From Eledone cirrhosa (lineage: Eukaryota): a DNA stretch of 64,000 bases. Positions within the stretch are counted from its first letter, which is position 1, and each line of letters starts with the position of its first letter. Shown here one piece after another: positions 26,640 to 39,821 of this stretch. The position numbers were made by a program, and so were the translations under genes. The notes under the pieces are model-generated. The model was not told the origin of the DNA. It searched no databases and was given only the letters and a program-made list of their open reading frames with translations. The stretch is from contig OZ024766.1 of assembly GCA_964016885.1 (NCBI GenBank), positions 6,572,001-6,636,000 of the forward strand, given 5' to 3'.

Positions 26640-28150
26640 GCAGAAAACCACCCATAGGGTGGATTTCTGCTGGCATGTGTAGTGTGTATATTGATATTAT
26701 ATACAGGTATATACACATGTAGATATGATACATCAAATAAAATCGTAATTGAGAATATATAATACACAGAAATTGAACGAAGACTGTGTTACACTGTCTT
26801 ATGTAATCAGTAACGTAATCCATGATACGTTAAAAACAGACGATATTATATATCTGCTAGCATGTGTAGTGTGTATATTGATATTATACACAAGTATATA
26901 TACATGTAGATATGATACAAATAAAATCATATTTGACAATATATAATACACAGAAATTGAACGAAGACTGTGTTACACTGTCTTATGTAATCAGTAACGT
27001 AATCCATGGTACATTAAAAAAAAGACAATATTATATATAAACTGCATTAGGAGAAAATTAGTAACAGAAATATATGAATGTTTATTTAAGCGATCGCTAA
27101 CCGGAAGTGTTGACATTTGAAAATTTTAAAGAAGTGAATCTTTAAATAAACAATAAAATATATTTAATCAAGAATAACGAAATTTAGTAGATAAATTATG
27201 TAATATTCATTCATTATTTATTCAAAGTAATCCAACTTATTTTACAAACAGGATAAAAAATATATTCTGTACACAGTCCAGCACTCCTTACTTTATTATA
27301 GTTTAGATTTCATTACTAAAACATGAACCAGATGGTTGGTTTTTCTGCTAGCACGTCTAGTGTGTATATTGATATTATAAGCAAATATATACACATGTAG
27401 ATATATATATCAAATATAATCGTAATTGACAATATACACAGAAATTGAAGAGAGACTGTGTTACACTGTCTTATGTAATCAGTAAAGTAATCCATGATAC
27501 ATTTAAAAAAGACGATATTATATATAAACTGTATATATAATAAACTAAAATGTTATGAAAATATAAACCTTATATAAGGATGCAAATATATAACATTTAT
27601 ATAAGCGATGTAATAAGTGTTATGATATAACGGACGCTATCTGGAAGTGTAGACATTTGAAAATTTTAAAAGAAGTGAATCTTAAAATAAGCAATCATTA
27701 TATATAAGAATATTTATGTTTAATCAAGAGCTACGAAATTTAGTAGATAAATTATGCTGTCTTATGTAATCAGTAAAGTAATCCATGATACATTTAAAAA
27801 AGACGATATTATATATAAACTGTATATATAATAAACTAAAATGTTATGAAAATATAAACCTTATATAACGATGCAAATATATAACATTTATATAAGCAAT
27901 GTAATAAGTGTTATAATATAACGGACGCTAACTGGAAGTGTAGACATTTGAACATTTTAAAAGAAATGAATCTTAAAATAAGCAATCATTATATATAAGA
28001 ATATTTATGTTTAATCAACAGCTACGAAATTTAGTAGATAAATTATGTAATATTCATTCATTATTTATTCAAAATAATCCAACTTATTTTAGAAACAGGA
28101 TAAAATAATATAAAATGGACACAGTCCCACACTCTTCCCTTTATTATAGT
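26640..28150. repeat. Imperfect AT-rich local duplications (~180-700 bp blocks)
   Basis: ctgtcttatgtaatcagtaa(c/a)gtaatccatg recurs at ~26795, ~26978, ~27466 and ~27757; 27466-27756 is duplicated at 27757-28047. Confidence 0.8.
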
Positions 28151-28166
28151 ATAGATTGTAACTTAA

Positions 28167-28961
28167 CCTTTTAGTGTTCAAACCGGCCAAAACCGACCAG
28201 AATTTTCTACCTCTTTCTGTTGAAACTGGCTGTAACTGGTCGCTCAAACTGATGTTAAGGTATTGTTCTCAAAATAAATACTTTTAAAATCTCATAGATT
28301 CGATATTATGTGAGATATTATGTGAGGTAAAAACTTTACTGTGAAAATACAATAGTATATATAGAGTAATGTAAATGTTATGTGAGATATTATGTGAGGT
28401 AAAGCCTTTACTGTGAAAATACAATAGTATATATAGAGTAATGTAAATGTTATGTGAGATATTATGTGAGGTAAAGCCTTTACTGTGAAAATACAATAGT
28501 ATATATAGAGTAATGTAAATGTTATGTGAGATATTATGTGAGGTAAAGCCTTTACTGTGAAAATACAATAGTATATATAGAGTAATGTAAATGTTATGTG
28601 AGATATTATGTGAGGTAAAGCCTTTACTGTGAAAATACAATAGTATATATAGAGTAATGTAAATGTTATGTGAGATATTATGTGAGGTAAAGCCTTTACT
28701 GTGAAAATACAATAGTATATATAGAGTAATGTAAATGTTATGTGAGATATTATGTGAGGTAAAGCCTTTACTGTGAAAATACAATAGTATATATAGAGTA
28801 ATGTAAATGTTATGTGAGATATTATGTGAGGTAAAACCTTTACTGTGAAAATACAATAGTATATATAGAGTAATGTAAATGCTATGTGAGATATTATGTG
28901 AGGTAAAGCCTTTACTGTGAAAATACAATAGTATATATAGAGTAATGTAAATGCTAAAGGG
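28167..28961. mobile_element. piggyBac-like MITE (TTAA flanks) with a 72-bp internal tandem, ~9 copies
   Basis: TTAA|ccttttagtgtt ... aatgctaaaggg|TTAA; inverted sister copy at 44668-45233. Confidence 0.75.
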
Positions 28962-29084
28962 TTAATGTAAGGTTCTTATATAAAATTTATGCTGGAAGAT
29001 TTTAATTTAAATAGGAACCCTTTAAAACGGATGACTTTATTTCAAAGAACCAGGGCTGGATTTAGCCGGGTTTGTTCCAAAAGA

Positions 29085-29262
29085 GTTAAATCGAATCTAC
29101 CCCAGTACATTACTGGTACTTTTTATCGACCCCGTATGGATGAAAGGCAAAGCTAACCTCAGCAGGATTTGAACTCAGAACATAAAGGGATGTAACTATA
29201 TAACACAAAGCATGTTGTCCAACGCTCTACCAATTACTGTCAACCCACCACCACCACCGCCT
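29085..29262 (-). mobile_element. SINE family A
   Basis: ggtactttttatcgaccccgtatggatgaaaggcaaag...ggatttgaactc is the reverse complement of the family A core. Confidence 0.75.
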
Positions 29263-29656
29263 TAATAATGATATAACAATGATAATATAGCCTATAGTTA
29301 AACTAAATAGACTGAGCTTGCTTCTCCTGAGTCGCGTGTGTTTCTTTTTTAACTTCTACACAGCTTATTAGAGAGTTCCACACAAGGCTTAGATGTAGTT
29401 TCTTTCTCTCTCTCTGTCTCTTTCTCTCTCTTTCTCTCTCTCACTCTCTCTTTCTCTCTCTCACTCTCTCTTTCTCTCTCAGTCTCTTTCTCTCTTTCTC
29501 TCTCTCTGTCTTTCTCTCTCGCTCTCTTTCTCTCTCGCTGTCTTTCTCTCTCGCTCTCTCTCTCTCTTTTCACTCTCTCTGTATACATATATGACTCTCT
29601 TTATCTATATAATTGTTAAAAAAGGTTTGTTTTCATGTATATACACAAGTAATATA

Positions 29657-29696
<40 letters not shown>

Positions 29697-29771
29697 ATAT
29701 ATATATAATATATATATTTATTAAAATAACAGATTAAAGTTTAAGCAAAGAATTGCTGCTTTCACCCAAAT

Positions 29772-30330
29772 TCATTCAAATTTATTATTATTACTATATA
29801 TATATATATTGTTATACTTGGGGAGGTCATATTTGTGTAATAATATTGCCAGAATTAATAACAGAACACACTCACTGTTTGGTTGGTTTTCGCTTCTGTG
29901 TCTTTTATATCAGTTAATTTATTCGGTCCTCAATGTTGCCATTGACTGACCAACGGTCAAAAATACAGATATAATATAGACACAAACACATATATATATA
30001 GTCTAACAAAGTTCTTTCGTTGCACATCTGCAACATCATCAGTGGTGCTATTATGTTTCCTCCAGTTGTATTGTATGTCTACGCCATCTTTATTTAATCT
30101 GTTGGTCAGTCAATGGTAAACATTGAGGACCGAATAAATTAAATTAACTCATATAAAAGACACAGAAGCGAAAACCAACCAAACAGTGAGTGTGTTCTGT
30201 TATTAATTCTGGCAATATTATTACACAAATATAACCCTCCCCAAGTATAAGAATATTTGTTTCGACACACGATTTCATATCAAAAACCTCGCAAAACAAA
30301 TATATATATAGTAATAATAATAAATTTGAA
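29772..30330. mobile_element. Long inverted repeat, probable Penelope-like inverted pseudo-LTR with a degenerate hammerhead in the spacer
   Basis: 29808-29957 is reverse-complementary to ~30097-30252. Spacer minus strand reads CTGATGA-tgttgcagatgtgcaac-GAAAgaacTT. Related copy at ~34920-35235. Confidence 0.6.
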
Positions 30331-30475
30331 GACTAAAATCCAAAGAGGGCTCGATAAGGATAAATATATATCAAATATATAAGAACCCTAGAGCAAATAT
30401 TTATTAAAATAACAGATTAAAGTTTAAGCAAAGAATCGCTGCTTTCACCCTTAACGGGATCTTCTGAAACTGAGT

Positions 30476-30994
30476 TTCACTCTGTAAAGTGGTAGTGCTG
30501 GTGTCATGATATAATACACCCAGTACACTCTGTAAAGTGGTAGTGCTGGTGTCATGATATAATACACCCAGTACACTCTGTAAAGTGGTAGTGCTGGTGT
30601 CATGATAAAATACACCCAGTACACTATGTAAAGTGGTAGTGCTGGTGCCATGATGAAATACACCTAGTACACTCTGTAAAGTGGTAGTGTTAGTGTCATG
30701 ATATAATACACTCAGTACACTCTGTAAAGTGGTAGTGCTGGTGTCATGATAAAATACACCCAGTACACTCTGTAAAGTGGTTGATGTTAAGAAGGGCATC
30801 CAGCTGTAGAAAACTTGCCAATCAAAGGGTCAAGAGGACCCTCAGTTGTGTGAAGGACATGACGACCTCTCTTGTGTACTTAGTGGGACATGAAACTGTA
30901 TGTAAGGGAGACACTGACCCCTGGACTCTCCATCGCTTCAGTACTGACTTTGTCTATGTAGTAGACTTGTCCAACCGTCGCATGTCGGTAAAGC
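30476..30994 (+). mobile_element. SINE (family B relative) with 48-bp module x6, tail interrupted by a hAT-like element
   Basis: Array followed by ggttgatgttaagaagggcatccagctgtagaaa; the tail resumes at 31937 (ggaaatgtggacattaaatgctgatga). Confidence 0.7.
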
Positions 30995-31936
30995 CAGGGC
31001 CGGATTTAATGGTCTGGAGCAATGGGGAAAATTTCCTCGGGCCCCCTGTAGTGGGGGGTCCCCAATAGTGATTGCTGTATCAATTTATTTCCGCTCTCAG
31101 CTGAGCTTTTTAAGGTTTAGAATTTTTTATTTTTTTTTTCACTTTTACGTCCGCTTTACCCTGCTTGCAAGGGAGGGACGGGAACTGGTTCTGGCTTGAT
31201 TTCTACAGCTGGATGCCCTTCCTAACACCAACCTCATTTTCAGTGAGTGCTGGGTGCTTTTTTGCCGTGGCACCTCCACGACCACTTTACAGTGAGTGCT
31301 GGGTGCTTTTTTGCCGTGGCACCTCCACGACCACTTTACAGTGAGTGCTGGGTGCTTTTTTGCCGTGGCACCTCCACGACCACTTTACAGTGAGTGCTGG
31401 GTGCTTTTTTGCCGTGGCACCTCCACGACCACTTTACAGTGAGTGCTGGGTGCTTTTTTTGCCGTGGCACCTCCACGACCACTTTACAGTGAGTACTAGG
31501 TGCTTTTTTGCTGTGGCACCTCCACGACCACTTTACAGTGGAATGATAGGGACTGGGGTCCCTATCATCTCATTTCTACAGCTGAGTAAACTGGAGCAAT
31601 GTGAAATAAAGTGTCTTGCTCAAGGAAACAACACATCACCCGGTCTGAGAATTGAACTCTCAACCTTTCAATTGCAAGGCCAATGCTCTAACCACTAAGC
31701 CATGTGCCTCCAGAATGGTTAGAATTTTTCAATCTAATACCTATATGTGTAAGTTTTCAATTCCAATTACTTGCTCCAAGCTAACTTTTGATTTGTAAAA
31801 TTGGGGGGGGGGGGGGGGGGGTCGCTGTGTATTTTAATTTTTTGTATATGAGCCCCCACCCCCAAATCTGAAGTGCCCTGGGGCCTCCCAAAACCTCAAG
31901 TGTCCTTGGGCTCCTCAAGGTCTAAATACGACCCTG
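30995..31936. mobile_element. Non-autonomous hAT-like DNA transposon
   Basis: Imperfect TIRs CAGGGCCGGATTTAA / CTAAATACGACCCTG; degenerate 8-bp flanks ggtaaagc / ggaaatgt; ggggcccc subterminal motifs. Confidence 0.6.
31141..31712 (-). mobile_element. SINE family B (tRNA head, CORE-like body, RTE tail) with 49-bp module x6
   Basis: Colinear with 52975-53316 apart from the expanded module. Confidence 0.85.
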
Positions 31937-32137
31937 GGAAATGTGGACATTAAATGCTGATGATATATATATATATATACACACAAACATACACACACAC
32001 ACACATATGCACATACACACACACATGCACACACACACACACATGCACATACACACACACATGCACACACACACACACACATGCACATACACACATATGC
32101 ACACACACACATGCTCATACACACACATACATATGCA

Positions 32138-32169
<32 letters not shown>

Positions 32170-32517
32170 TGCCCACACACACACACACACGCACACATAC
32201 ACATACATCTTTACCCATGGACAGATTCTTGTAAAAATTTATAAAGACTTTAATATCTAATGTGATTTATCCTTAGTGTTGTTTTCTAACTTTCGAAGTC
32301 TTACTAATGTTTTTTCATGTGTTTTTGTTAATCCAAATGTTTATAGTATCTTTACTGGTTGACAGATTGTTGTGAAAATTTGCCATAAACTAAAAAACTT
32401 CATAATTTAATGTGATGCAGTTATTATTAAATGTTTGCATATCATTGTTTAATAATTAACTCCTAATATCCTGTAATGATTTAGCAGAAAATATCTAAAA
32501 AGCAGGACTGTTAATTC

Positions 32518-34620
32518 AAATGTTTATAGTATCTTTACTGGTGGACAGATAGTTGTGAAAATTTACAGTATTACAGTAAAGACTTTAATATTTAATGTGA
32601 TGTAGTCATAGTGTTGTTTTGTACTAAATGTTTATAGTATCTTTACTGGTGGACAGATTGTTGTGAATATTTACAGTATTACAGTAAAGACTTTAATATT
32701 TAATGTGATGTAGTCATAGTGTTGTTTTGTACTAAATGTTTATAGTATCTTTACTGGTGGACAGATTGTTGTGAAAATTTACAGTATTACAGTAAAGACT
32801 TTAATATTTAATGTGATGTAGTCATAGTGTTGTTTTGTACTAAATGTTTATAGTATCTTTACTGGTGGACAGATTGTTGTGAATATTTACAGTATTACAG
32901 TAAAGACTTTAATATTTAATGTGATGTAGTCATAGTGTTGTTTTGTACTAAATGTTTATAGTATCTTTACTGGTGGACAGATTGTTGTGAAAATTTACAG
33001 TATTACAGTAAAGACTTTAATATTTAATGTGATGTAGTCATAGTGTTGTTTTGTACTAAATGTTTATAGTATCTTTACTGGTGGACAGATTGTTGTGAAT
33101 ATTTACAGTATTACAGTAAAGACTTTAATATTTAATGTGATGTAGTCATAGTGTTGTTTTGTACTAAATGTTTATAGTATCTTTACTGGTGGACAGATTG
33201 TTGTGAAAATTTACAGTATTACAGTAAAGACTTTAATATTTAATGTGATGTAGTCATAGTGTTGTTTTGTACTAAATGTTTATAGTATCTTTACTGGTGG
33301 ACAGATTGTTGTGAAAATTTACAGTATTACAGTAAAGACTTTAATATTTAATGTGATGTAGTCATAGTGTTGTTTTGTACTAAATGTTTATAGTATCTTT
33401 ACTGGTGGACAGATTGTTGTGAATATTTACAGTATTACAGTAAAGACTTTAATATTTAATGTGATGTAGTCATAGTGTTGTTTTGTACTAAATGTTTATA
33501 GTATCTTTACTGGTGGACAGATTGTTGTGAAAATTTACAGTATTACAGTAAAGACTTTAATATTTAATGTGATGTAGTCATAGTGTTGTTTTGTACTAAA
33601 TGTTTATAGTATCTTTACTGGTGGACAGATTGTTGTGAATATTTACAGTATTACAGTAAAGACTTTAATATTTAATGTGATGTAGTCATAGTGTTGTTTT
33701 GTACTAAATGTTTATAGTATCTTTACTGGTGGACAGATTGTTGTGAAAATTTACAGTATTACAGTAAAGACTTTAATATTTAATGTGATGTAGTCATAGT
33801 GTTGTTTTGTACTAAATGTTTATAGTATCTTTACTGGTGGACAGATTGTTGTGAAAATTTACAGTATTACAGTAAAGACTTTAATATTTAATGTGATGTA
33901 GTCATAGTGTTGTTTTGTACTAAATGTTTATAGTATCTTTACTGGTGGACAGATTGTTGTGAATATTTACAGTATTACAGTAAAGACTTTAATATTTAAT
34001 GTGATGTAGTCATAGTGTTGTTTTGTACTAAATGTTTATAGTATCTTTACTGGTGGACAGATTGTTGTGAAAATTTACAGTATTACAGTAAAGACTTTAA
34101 TATTTAATGTGATGTAGTCATAGTGTTGTTTTGTACTAAATGTTTATAGTATCTTTACTGGTGGACAGATTGTTGTGAATATTTACAGTATTACAGTAAA
34201 GACTTTAATATTTAATGTGATGTAGTCATAGTGTTGTTTTGTACTAAATGTTTATAGTATCTTTACTGGTGGACAGATTGTTGTGAATATTTACAGTATT
34301 ACAGTAAAGACTTTAATATTTAATGTGATGTAGTCATAGTGTTGTTTTGTACTAAATGTTTATAGTATCTTTACTGGTGGACAGATTGTTGTGAATATTT
34401 ACAGTATTACAGTAAAGACTTTAATATTTAATGTCATGTAGTCATAGTGTTGTTTTGTACTAAATGTTTATAGTATCTTTACTGGTGGACAGATTGTTGT
34501 GAATATTTACAGTATTACAGTAAAGACTTTAATATTTAATGTGATGTAGTCATAGTGTTGTTTTGTACTAAATGTTTATAGTATCTTTACTGGTGGACAG
34601 ATTGTTGTGAAAATTTGCAG
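32518..34620. repeat. 108-bp satellite, ~19 copies
   Basis: Near-identical units; degenerate precursor units at 32218-32517. Confidence 0.95.
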
Positions 34621-35551
34621 AATTAGTGTAAAAACCTTAATATGGTGTTTTGTATTTTCCAATACTGTCTAGCTAATCTGGTTTCCGGGAGGGTTTTATA
34701 CTGAATTTATAAAACTATTTTCCATAGTAAAATATAAAATTTTAATACATGCCTTGAAGCTTCTAACTCTAGGTTAATTTTGAATAAATTAAATAATTTG
34801 TTTTTCCCTCACCTGTTTCATGGAGTGTGTTTATAAAAATATATTAACCAATTCAGTTCTCGAACTTCTGTTTCATAGAAGCAGAGGCCATTTTAATCAA
34901 ATGTATTTTAAAAGTGATGGTTTTGTATTTGTTTATTTTGCAAGGTTTTTGATATGAAATCATGTGTTGAAACAGATATTGTTATACTTGGGGAGGGTCA
35001 TATTGTTATAATACTACCAGAAATATATAATAAAACACTCTCACTGTTTTGGTTTGGTTTGGTTTTCATTACAGTCCATTATATCTCGGTATTTAAAAAA
35101 AAATAATTTAGCTGGCAATCAATGTTTATCATTGATTGACCAACATTTAAAATTATAAATATAAATGTAATTTCTCAAAATTTTTCAAAGTTCTTTCATC
35201 ACACATTTTTTTTCTCTGTGACATCTTCAGTCATTTCCCCCCATTGTATTTTAAAAGTATTAATCAGTTCATTTCTCTTTCACCTGTTTCAAAGAAACAT
35301 AGTCTGCTTTAACATTATTCTATATATACTATTATATTTTCATGGTAAAGTCTTTGCCTAAAATAATTATCTCCCATAATATTGAATCTCTGAGATTTTA
35401 ATATTATTCATTTTGACAACAATACTTTAACATCAGTATGAGTGGCTGGTTACAGATGGTTTGAACTGAAAGAGGTGAGAGAATTCTGGCTAGATATGGC
35501 CGGTTTAAATGCTAAAGGGTTATATAATATCTATACGAAGTGTGTCAGAAA

Positions 35552-36031
35552 ACTGGGGTCCCTATCATTCCACTGCAAAGTGGTCGTGGAGGTGCCACGG
35601 CAAAAAAGCACCCAGCACTCACTGTAAAGTGGTCGTGGAGGTGCCACGGCAAAAAAGCACCCAGCACTCACTGTAATGTGGTCGTGGAGGTGCCACGGCA
35701 AAAAAGCACCCAGCACTCACTGTAATGTGGTCGTGGAGGTGCCACGGCAAGAAAGCACCCAGCACTCACTGTAAAGTGGTCGTGGAGGTGCCACAGCAAA
35801 AAAGCACCCAGCACTCACTGTAAAGTGGTCGTGGAGGTGCCACGGCAAAAAAGCACCCAGCACTCACTGTAAAGTGGTCGTGGAGGTGCCACGGCAAACA
35901 AGCACCCAGCACTCACTGTAAATGAGGTTGGTGTTAGGAAGGGCATCCAGCTGTAGAAATCAAGCCAGAATCAGTTCCCGTCCCACCCTTGCAAGCAGGG
36001 AAAAGCGGACGTAAAATGATGATGATGATGA
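35552..36031 (+). mobile_element. 5'-truncated SINE family B with 49-bp module x7-8 and (ATG)n tail
   Basis: Reverse complement of 31141-31560. Confidence 0.85.
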
Positions 36032-36090
36032 TATGCTCTGATACCATCAAACACCATAAACACAGAGCTGGCATATCTAAGAACTGACTA

Positions 36091-36146
36091 ACTGCCTGAT
36101 GAGGTCATAGCCATTCAATGGCTATCATCGAAATATATATAGCAGT
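36091..36146 (+). ncRNA. Minimal type-I hammerhead ribozyme motif
   Basis: ACTGC-CTGATGA-ggtcatagccattcaatggctatcatc-GAAA-tatata-TA-GCAGT; stems I and II pair; short palindromic stem III. Confidence 0.75.
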
Positions 36147-36332
36147 AAATAAAGGATTATGAGTTCATGCAATTGACTTATGTTTCGTCACTATATATAT
36201 ATATATATATATATGTTTGTGTGTGTATATATGTATGTATGTATTTAATATTAAACATAAAATGACAACACAATCGATACAGTATATGGAAGGGATATAT
36301 TAGTTTAATGCTTGATATAGCAGAAAGAGGGT

Positions 36333-36366
36333 CTTAACGTTTCGGATGCTAGTTCTTCATCAGAAG
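36333..36366 (-). ncRNA. Minimal hammerhead-like motif (weak stem II)
   Basis: Minus strand ctt-CTGATGA-agaactagcatcc-GAAA-cg-TT-aag; relative at 61536-61566 (ccaatgaaggactattgtccgaaacgtc). Confidence 0.5.
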
Positions 36367-36423
36367 AAAGAATGAGAAATAAGATAGATTGAGGCGTCTG
36401 GCGGGTTGGAATTCGAAAAAATA

Positions 36424-36561
36424 TCTTTCTCTCACCTGTTTCATAGAAACAGTCCGTTTTAACCAAATGTGTTTTAAAAGTATTAAATTATATATATATA
36501 AAATAAAGTACCAGTAATACACTGGGTATTTGCTGGCCTTGTGCCTAAAGTAGAAACAATT

Positions 36562-36602
<41 letters not shown>

Positions 36603-36743
36603 CTCTCACCTGTTTCATAGAAACACGATCTGTTTTTAACAAATTTATTTTTAAAAGTATTAAATAATATATATATAAAATAAAATAAAGTACCAGTAAT
36701 ACACTGGGTATTTGCTGGCCTTGTGCCTAAAGTAGAAACAATT

Positions 36744-36774
<31 letters not shown>

Positions 36775-36917
36775 TTCTCTCACCTGTTTCATAGAAACAC
36801 GATCTGTTTTTAACAAATTTATTTTTAAAAGTATTAAATAATATATATATAAAATAAAATAAAGTACCAGTAATACACTGGGTATTTGCTGGCCTTGTGC
36901 CTAAAGTAGAAACAATT

Positions 36918-36948
<31 letters not shown>

Positions 36949-37091
36949 TTCTCTCACCTGTTTCATAGAAACACGATCTGTTTTTAACAAATTTATTTTT
37001 AAAAGTATTAAATAATATATATATAAAATAAAATAAAGTACCAGTAATACAGTGGGTATTTGCTGGCCTTGTGCCTAAAGTAGAAACAATT

Positions 37092-37122
<31 letters not shown>

Positions 37123-37265
37123 TTCTCTCACCTGTTTCATAGAAACACGATCTGTTTTTAACAAATTTATTTTTAAAAGTATTAAATAATATATATATAA
37201 AATAAAATAAAGTACCAGTAATACACTGGGTATTTGCTGGCCTTGTGCCTAAAGTAGAAACAATT

Positions 37266-37312
<47 letters not shown>

Positions 37313-37453
37313 CTCTCACCTGTTTCATAGAAACACGATCTGTTTTTAACAAATTTATTTTTAAAAGTATTAAATAATATATATATAAAATAAAATAAAG
37401 TACCAGTAATACACTGGGTATTTGCTGGCCTTGTGCCTAAAGTAGAAACAATT

Positions 37454-37498
<45 letters not shown>

Positions 37499-37639
37499 CT
37501 CTCACCTGTTTCATAGAAACACGATCTGTTTTTAACAAATTTATTTTTAAAAGTATTAAATAATATATATATAAAATAAAATAAAGTACCAGTAATACAC
37601 TGGGTATTTGCTGGCCTTGTGCCTAAAGTAGAAACAATT

Positions 37640-37682
<43 letters not shown>

Positions 37683-37823
37683 CTCTCACCTGTTTCATAG
37701 AAACACGATCTGTTTTTAACAAATTTATTTTTAAAAGTATTAAATAATATATATATAAAATAAAATAAAGTACCAGTAATACACTGGGTATTTGCTGGCC
37801 TTGTGCCTAAAGTAGAAACAATT

Positions 37824-37868
<45 letters not shown>

Positions 37869-38009
37869 CTCTCACCTGTTTCATAGAAACACGATCTGTT
37901 TTTAACAAATTTATTTTTAAAAGTATTAAATAATATATATATAAAATAAAATAAAGTACCAGTAATACACTGGGTATTTGCTGGCCTTGTGCCTAAAGTA
38001 GAAACAATT

Positions 38010-38048
<39 letters not shown>

Positions 38049-39151
38049 CTCTCACCTGTTTCATAGAAACACGATCTGTTTTTAACAAATTTATTTTTAA
38101 AAGTATTAAATAATATATATATAAAATAAAATAAAGTACCAGTAATACACTGGGTATTTGCTGGCCTTGTGCCTAAAGTAGAAACAATTAAATTATATAT
38201 ATATTTCTCTCACCTGTTTCATAGAAACACGATCTGTTTTTAACAAATTTATTTTTAAAAGTATTAAATAATATATATATAAAATAAAATAAAGTACCAG
38301 TAATACACTGGGTATTTGCTGGCCTTGTGCCTAAAGTAGAAACAATTAAATTATATATATATTTCTCTCACCTGTTTCATAGAAACACGATATGTTTTAA
38401 ACGAATTTATTTTTAAAAGTATTAAATAATATATATATAAAATAAAATAAAGTACCAGTAATACACTGGGTATTTGCTGGCCTTGTGCCTAAAGTAGAAA
38501 CAATTAAATTATATATATATATATATATATATATTTCTCTCACCTGTTTCATAGAAACACGATCTGTTTTTAACAAATTTATTTTTAAAAGTATTAAATA
38601 ATATATATATAAAATAAAATAAAGTACCAGTAATACACTGGGTATTTGCTGGCCTTGTGCCTAAAGTAGAAACAATTAAATTATATATATATTTCTCTCA
38701 CCTGTTTCATAGAAACACGATCTGTTTTTAACAAATTTATTTTTAAAAGTATTAAATAATATATATATAAAATAAAATAAAGTACCAGTAATACACTGGG
38801 TATTTGCTGGCCTTGTGCCTAAAGTAGAAACAATTAAATTATATATATATTTCTCTCACCTGTTTCATAGAAACACGATATGTTTTAAACGAATTTATTT
38901 TTAAAAGTATTAAATAATATATATATAAAATAAAATAAAGTACCAGTAATACACTGGGTATTTGCTGGCCTTGTGCCTAAAGTAGAAACAATTAAATTAT
39001 ATATATATTTCTCTCACCTGTTTCATAGAAACACGATCTGTTTTTAACAAATTTATTTTTAAAAGTATTAAATAATATATATATAAAATAAAATAAAGTA
39101 CCAGTAATACACTGGGTATTTGCTGGCCTTGTGCCTAAAGTAGAAACAATT

Positions 39152-39210
<59 letters not shown>

Positions 39211-39598
39211 CTCTCACCTGTTTCATAGAAACACGATCTGTTTTTAACAAATTTATTTTTAAAAGTATTAAATAATATATATATAAAATAAAATAAAGTA
39301 CCAGTAATACACTGAGTATATGCTGGCCTTGTGCCTAAAGTAGAAACAATTAAATTATATATATATTTCTCTCACCTGTTTCATAGAAACACGATATGTT
39401 TTAAACAAATTTATTTTTAAAAGTATTAAATAATATATATATAAAATAAAATAAAGTACCAGTAATACACTGGGTATTTGCTGGCCTTGTGCCTAAAGTA
39501 GAAACAATTAAATTATATATATATTTCTCTCACCTGTTTCATAGAAACACGATATGTTTTAAACAAATTTATTTTTAAAAGTATTAAATAATATATAT
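36424..39598. repeat. Composite tandem array (~155-195 bp units, ~18 copies) with variable (TA)n
   Basis: Each unit is tttctctcacctgtttcatagaaac..., then the SINE-A tail (aaagtaccagtaatacactggg...gtagaaacaatt), then (TA)n. Confidence 0.95.
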
Positions 39599-39645
39599 CT
39601 TTCTTGCTTGTTTCTTATCTTCCCCACACCTCACTAATACCTCAG

Positions 39646-39766
39646 CCATGGATTGATGATGAACTGAGCATGAACATTCATCCAATATACAATCGCAAGA
39701 AAAAACGTCCGGCCTCTTCGATTTCTGAGGTTCTTGAAGCAATGGAACAACTTGACAAGGCAAAAG
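39646..39766 (+). CDS. Same gene, exon G (cytoplasmic)
   Basis: Branch-like cactaat, cctcag|CCA TGG...AAA G|gtaagt; PWIDDELSMNIHPIYNRKKKRPASSISEVLEAMEQLDKAK; phase 0 to 1. Confidence 0.8.
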
Positions 39767-39821
39767 GTAAGTACCAAAGTAGAAACAAAAGATGGTAAAA
39801 TTAATAAAGAATAGACGAGTT

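Noticed and set aside
21084-39598. CRISPR-like appearance of regular arrays
   Set aside because: No unique spacers, no cas genes, eukaryotic intron context.
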